Assembly: GCF_000189295.2 (NCBI RefSeq)
Contig: NC_016803.1
Span: 3,720,001 to 3,752,000 of the forward strand
Direction: 5' to 3'
Length of the DNA stretch: 32,000 nt
From: Pseudodesulfovibrio mercurii
Lineage (GTDB): Bacteria > Desulfobacterota > Desulfovibrionia > Desulfovibrionales > Desulfovibrionaceae
Both the position numbers and the translations under genes were made by a program. Numbering within the stretch: position 1 is the stretch's first letter; each line of letters begins with the position of its first letter. The notes under the pieces are model-generated. The model was not told the DNA's origin. It saw nothing but the letters and a program-made list of their open reading frames with translations, and ran no database searches. Positions 28,045 through 32,000 of this stretch are shown here, one piece after another.

Positions 28045-28938
28045 ATGGCCGAACACGGGCAGGGTGCCGAGACGCGGCACGAGATAGTGCGGGACGGGGC
28101 CGAGAAGATCAAGGGCATCTTCTCCACGCAGACCGTGGCCAGGGTCGGCACCGGGACCACCCAGCGCAAGACGATCCAGAAGACATACTGGGACGCCGAG
28201 GAGCTCGACTCCGGCGAAATTTCCGTCCAGCCCCTGAACCGGAACTACGTGCCCTCCGGCCCCAAGCGCAACATCCCGCGCGACGACTTCCTGACCAAGT
28301 TCAACCCCGAACCCGAGTTCTACGTGTCCACGGTCTACCCGGCCATGAAGGAGCTGGACGGGGCCATCGTGCGCGGCGAAAAGCATCGCGAGCGGGGCGC
28401 GGCCTACTCCGCCGAGTTCGAGTACAAGCAGGCCATGGCCATCGACGAGGAGAACGTCCGGGCCAACTTCGGCCTGGGGCTGACCTACCTCGACCGTGGC
28501 GACCAGGCCAAGGCCAACGACATCTTCGAGCGGCTGGTGGGGCTGGAGGCCGCCTTCAACACCGAGCACAAGCACCTGTTCAACGACTTCGGCATCAACA
28601 TGCGCAAGAACAGGATGTACGACCAGGCCCTGAAGTATTATCTTCGGGCCGAGCAGCTGGTTCAGAACGACGAGCACCTCTTCCACAACATCGCCCGCTG
28701 CTACTTCGAGAAGGGCAACATCGAGGGGTGCAGGAAATATCTGGTCAAGAGCCTGGAGCTGAACCCGAATCTCGAGGCGAGCCTGAAGTTCTGGGCCTTT
28801 CTCAAGGAAAAGGGATACGTGGGCAAGGGCGAGGGACCGGACGTGTCGGCCGTCAGGCCGGCCGCGCGGTCCGGGGACGATACGGCTGCGGCGGACGGGA
28901 AAAAACCGGCCCCTTCCGCACCCATCAAGCTGGATTAA
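28045..28938 (+). CDS. Protein with an unrecognised N-terminal region (about 110 aa) and C-terminal TPR repeats
   Basis: AGGAG lies 6 nt upstream of the ATG. The TPR-like helices include AEFEYKQAMAIDEENVRANFGLGLTYLDRGDQAKA and ARCYFEKGNIEGCRKYLVKSLELNPN. Codon bias is coding-like. Confidence 0.8.
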   Translation: MAEHGQGAETRHEIVRDGAEKIKGIFSTQTVARVGTGTTQRKTIQKTYWDAEELDSGEISVQPLNRNYVPSGPKRNIPRDDFLTKFNPEPEFYVSTVYPAMKELDGAIVRGEKHRERGAAYSAEFEYKQAMAIDEENVRANFGLGLTYLDRGDQAKANDIFERLVGLEAAFNTEHKHLFNDFGINMRKNRMYDQALKYYLRAEQLVQNDEHLFHNIARCYFEKGNIEGCRKYLVKSLELNPNLEASLKFWAFLKEKGYVGKGEGPDVSAVRPAARSGDDTAAADGKKPAPSAPIKLD

Positions 28939-28980
28939 GGCGTCCGGTGAGCCGCCGGGCGGCTCGGGGCAGGAGTGTTC

Positions 28981-29841
28981 ATGAATCAGGACAAGATCCA
29001 GGGCTTCCTTCAGGAACTGCCGCTCATGCGCGAGGACCTGCCGTTCTCGCCCGAGGTCCTGAGCCGGCTGTTCGTCCAGACCGGCAACGGCTCCCTGGCC
29101 TCCATGGAAGACGTGGGCGAGACCCTGAGCAAGGACCAGGGGCTTACCGCCCGCATCCTGAAGCTGGCCAATTCCGCCTATTACGGTCTCCAGGCCGAGG
29201 TCCAGTCCGTGCCGCGCGCGGCCGCCGTGCTCGGCATGGCCGAGATCCGCAACATCGTCCTGGCGTTGGGCGTCAACGGCCTGACCCAGCGCTACCCCCT
29301 GCCCGAGGATTTCGACCTGGGGCGCTACTGGGCGCACCAGTTCATGGTCGCCATGGTGGCCAAGGAACTGTCCGACATGACCGACGTGGGCAAGCCGGAG
29401 AACCTGTTCACCTCCGGGCTGCTCCACGACTTCGGCAAGCTCGTCACCGCCCTGAAGCGGCCCTCGGACTGGGCGGCCATCCGCGAACTGGCCGAGAGCG
29501 GGGAGCTGGCCGACAGCGACGCCGAGGAGGAGTACTGGGGGCTGGACCACGCGGTCATCGGCGCCCTGGTGCTGCGCTCCTGGGACCTGCCCGCCGCCCT
29601 GGTGGAGCCGGTCAACTGGCATCACTCGCCGGACCTGTCGCCGGAATTTTCCAACGAGTCCAACGTCATCAGTCTTGCCGACAGCGTGGTCCACGCCGTG
29701 GACGACCCGGACGGGCAGTACGGGGAGCGGGTGGACGACCTCTGCCAGGCGGTGGACGTGGACATGGACGACATCCTGGAAGTCGCCGAGGAGCTGGTCG
29801 ACTCGGACGACATCGAACAATTCGTGAACATACTCTCCTGA
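28981..29841 (+). CDS. HDOD-domain signalling protein
   Basis: DQGLTARILKLANSAYYGL....SVPRAAAVLGMAEIRNIVLALGV and LLHDFGKL are HDOD/HD-like signatures. AGGAG lies 6 nt upstream of the ATG at 28981. The GTG at 28975 overlaps the SD. Confidence 0.88.
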   Translation: MNQDKIQGFLQELPLMREDLPFSPEVLSRLFVQTGNGSLASMEDVGETLSKDQGLTARILKLANSAYYGLQAEVQSVPRAAAVLGMAEIRNIVLALGVNGLTQRYPLPEDFDLGRYWAHQFMVAMVAKELSDMTDVGKPENLFTSGLLHDFGKLVTALKRPSDWAAIRELAESGELADSDAEEEYWGLDHAVIGALVLRSWDLPAALVEPVNWHHSPDLSPEFSNESNVISLADSVVHAVDDPDGQYGERVDDLCQAVDVDMDDILEVAEELVDSDDIEQFVNILS

Positions 29842-29859
29842 CCACACGGGATCATCACC

Positions 29860-31569
29860 TTGCCTTGCATCTGGAAACCCCGCAACGAGGGGACCGCACC
29901 GTCGTCGGCCGCGGCCATGGCCGAGGAACTGAACGTTTCGCCGCTCATCGTCGAAATCCTCTGGAACCGGGGACTGACCGACCTGGGCGACATGGACCGC
30001 TTTCTCAGCCCGCTGCTCCGGCACATGGCCAACCCGGCAGCGGTGCCCGGCCTGACCGAGGCCGCCGAAACCCTGGCCCGCGCCCTGGATCGGGGCGGCA
30101 CCCTGGCCGTCTGGGGCGACTACGACGTGGACGGCATCACGGCCACGGCGGTCATCAAGGAATTCTTCGCCCTGCGCGGCCGGGAGGTCATGCACCACCT
30201 GCCCAACCGCATGGAGGAGGGCTACGGCATGAACGTGCCGGGCGTGGAGGCGCTCCATGCCCGGGGCGCGGACGTGCTCCTGACCGTGGACTGCGGCATC
30301 TCGGACCTCGCGCCCGTGGCCCGCGCCCGCGAGCTGGGCATGACCGTTGTGGTCACGGACCACCACCTGCCCGGCGAGACCCTGCCCGAGGCCCACGCCG
30401 TGTGCGACCCGCGCCTGGCCGAAGGCGGTCCGTGCGACGACCTGGCCGGGGTGGGCGTGGCCTTCATGCTCGTGGTCGCCCTGAACAACCTGCTGCCCGG
30501 CGACAAGGTGGACGTGCGCCCGCTGCTCGACCTGGTGGCCCTCGGGACCATCGCGGACATCGTCAAGCTGACCGGCCAGAACCGCATCCTGGTCAAGAAC
30601 GGCCTGCTGGTCATCAAGGAGGCCAGGCGGCCCGGCATGGCCGCGCTCAAAGTGGTCAGCGACTACGCCCGCCAGGCCGAGCTGGGGGCCGGGCAGATCG
30701 GCTTCCATCTGGCTCCGCGCATCAACGCGGCCGGGCGCATGGGCGACCCGGAAAAGGCCCTGAACCTGCTGCTGGCCAAGGATTTCGACTCGGCCATGCC
30801 CATCGCCGAGGAACTGGACGCCATCAACATGGAGCGCCGCCGCCAGGAGCAGGAGATCGCGGACGAGGCCCTGGCCCAGGCCGAGACCATGCGCCACATG
30901 GCCGGTCTGGTCCTGTTCGCCGATCACTGGCATCCGGGCATCATCGGCATCGTGGCCTCGCGCGTGGCCGAAAAATACTACCGGCCCACGCTGCTGCTCT
31001 GCGCACCCGACGGTCCCGAAGGGCCGCTCAAGGGGTCCGGCCGGAGCATCCCGGAGTTCAACCTGCACGACGGTCTGGCCCAGGTGAGCGACGTGCTCGC
31101 CGGATTCGGCGGCCACGCCCAGGCCGCCGGGCTCTCCCTCGACCCCTCGAACCTCGAAGCCCTGCGCGAGCGGTTCAACGCCCATGTGGTCGAGACACTC
31201 GGGGCCAAGCCCCTCACCCCGACCCTCAAGCTCGACCACGAACTGGCCTTCTCCAACATCAACAACACCCTGCTCAGGGAACTGGAACTGCTTCAGCCCT
31301 TCGGCATGGGCAATCCCGAACCGGTCTTCGCCACCAGGCCCGTCCGCGTGGCCGAACACGCCCTGTTCGGCCGCGAAGGCGAACACGTCAAACTCGTCCT
31401 CGAAGACCAGGAGAGCGGCACCAAGCTGCCCGGCAAGGCCTGGCGAATGGCCGGCTCCCTGACCCGCGCCGTCCAGGGCCGGACCATGCGCTTCGCCTTC
31501 ACCCCCAAGATAGATAGATTCCGGGGCGTCCCGAGCATCGACCTGCGGATTCGGGACTGGATATTTTAG
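29860..31569 (+). CDS. recJ: Single-stranded-DNA-specific exonuclease RecJ
   Basis: It shows DYDVDGITATAV, VVVTDHH (the DHH motif) and the DHHA1 motif GGHAQAAG. The start is uncertain: TTG at 29860, favoured by the conserved W..-..LL.RG N-terminal pattern, or ATG at 29917. Confidence 0.93.
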   Translation: MPCIWKPRNEGTAPSSAAAMAEELNVSPLIVEILWNRGLTDLGDMDRFLSPLLRHMANPAAVPGLTEAAETLARALDRGGTLAVWGDYDVDGITATAVIKEFFALRGREVMHHLPNRMEEGYGMNVPGVEALHARGADVLLTVDCGISDLAPVARARELGMTVVVTDHHLPGETLPEAHAVCDPRLAEGGPCDDLAGVGVAFMLVVALNNLLPGDKVDVRPLLDLVALGTIADIVKLTGQNRILVKNGLLVIKEARRPGMAALKVVSDYARQAELGAGQIGFHLAPRINAAGRMGDPEKALNLLLAKDFDSAMPIAEELDAINMERRRQEQEIADEALAQAETMRHMAGLVLFADHWHPGIIGIVASRVAEKYYRPTLLLCAPDGPEGPLKGSGRSIPEFNLHDGLAQVSDVLAGFGGHAQAAGLSLDPSNLEALRERFNAHVVETLGAKPLTPTLKLDHELAFSNINNTLLRELELLQPFGMGNPEPVFATRPVRVAEHALFGREGEHVKLVLEDQESGTKLPGKAWRMAGSLTRAVQGRTMRFAFTPKIDRFRGVPSIDLRIRDWIF

Positions 31570-31639
31570 CAATCGGGAATGGAAGGGGGTTGCACGGCTA
31601 TTGTCGGGTGGCTTGGTCCCCGGAGCGCGCCGTTGGCGT

Positions 31640-31688
31640 GAAAACAACAGGGCCGACGCGGTATTACCGTGTCGGCCCTGTTGTTTTC
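31640..31688. terminator. Long bidirectional terminator hairpin between the convergent recJ and lipA
   Basis: GAAAACAACAGGGCCGAC...GTCGGCCCTGTTGTTTTC has perfect 18-bp arms plus 4 further pairs. Each arm contains an A/T run, so the hairpin can serve both strands. Confidence 0.85.
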
Positions 31689-31705
31689 ATTCGATTCCGT
31701 TTCGT

Positions 31706-32000
31706 CTAGACGAAGTCGGCGGCGTTGTAGCTCGACCGGACCAGCGGGGCGCTGAACATGTGGCGGATGCCGCGCTTCTTGCCCTCCTCGGCGTACATTT
31801 CGAAGACCTCGGGCTCCACGTAGCGCCGGACCATGGGGTGCTGGCGGCTGGGCTGCATGTACTGGCCGATGGTCACGATGTCGCAGTCGATGGCCGCCAG
31901 GTCGTCCAGCACGGTCATGATCTGCTCGTCGGTTTCGCCCAGTCCGACCATGATCCCGGACTTGGTCGGGATGTCCGGGCGCAGGCGCTTGGCGTTCTCG
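31706..32000 (-). CDS. lipA: Lipoyl synthase, C-terminal part (5' end lies outside the window)
   Basis: MVGLGETDEQI..DCDIVTIGQYMQPS..H..V.RYV.PE.F matches the LipA C-terminal region. The frame is open to the window edge. Confidence 0.92.
   Translation of the reverse strand, partial: ENAKRLRPDIPTKSGIMVGLGETDEQIMTVLDDLAAIDCDIVTIGQYMQPSRQHPMVRRYVEPEVFEMYAEEGKKRGIRHMFSAPLVRSSYNAADFV

Noticed and set aside
27784-31647. A 1287-aa ORF on the minus strand spanning pyrF, the TPR gene, the HDOD gene and recJ.
   Set aside because: pyrF (27331), the TPR gene (28045), the HDOD gene (28975/28981) and recJ (29860) all lie in the same + frame (coordinate mod 3 = 1). The minus ORF is the exact codon-by-codon complement of that frame (31645 mod 3 = 1). 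Antisense stops would require the sense codons TTA, CTA or TCA, which are nearly absent at this GC3 bias. The product is Gly/Ala/Arg/Pro/Val-rich with no motifs, and strong homology supports the + strand genes.

Overview
This is a GC-rich window with strong third-position GC bias. It is densely packed with co-linear chromosomal housekeeping genes. The protein sequences (DnaK, ClpB, GatCA, ApgM-type mutase, HDOD and TPR proteins) look Desulfovibrionaceae-like, but that placement comes from memory of similar proteins, not from a search. I can support 30 protein-coding genes: a partial rhomboid protease; a nadM-like/apgM-like pair; a PHP phosphoesterase; a BON-domain protein; a cbpA-cbpM-clpB heat-shock operon; a Bcr/CflA MFS pump; a YheT-like hydrolase; an M29 aminopeptidase; a pseudo-receiver/TPR protein directly upstream of grpE-dnaK; an LpoA-like lipoprotein followed by gatC-gatA; a secreted C69 dipeptidase; mnmA; a Gly/Val-rich lipoprotein; a long co-directional cluster mtaB-DUF4416-yicC-remA(DUF370)-gmk-pyrF-TPR-HDOD-recJ; and partial lipA. 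Five clear rho-independent terminators are present. I saw no rRNA, tRNA, CRISPR array, transposase, integrase or phage gene. I also do not see a convincing new multi-gene system such as a defence island or biosynthetic cluster. The best leads are regulatory and sit around the heat-shock genes. (1) An atypical receiver-TPR protein occupies the slot upstream of grpE-dnaK where hrcA often sits. (2) A 23-25 nt motif is shared by the upstream regions of that gene and of grpE. (3) cbpA-cbpM-clpB appears to be a single operon. (4) GrpE carries a CX4CX2C insert. (5) Three tandem direct repeats lie in an AT-rich divergent promoter. (6) Two uncharacterised genes show tight translational coupling to known ones (DUF4416 to mtaB, nadM-like to apgM-like). 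The many very long ORFs on the opposite strand of real genes are codon-complement artefacts of the GC3 bias and were rejected.
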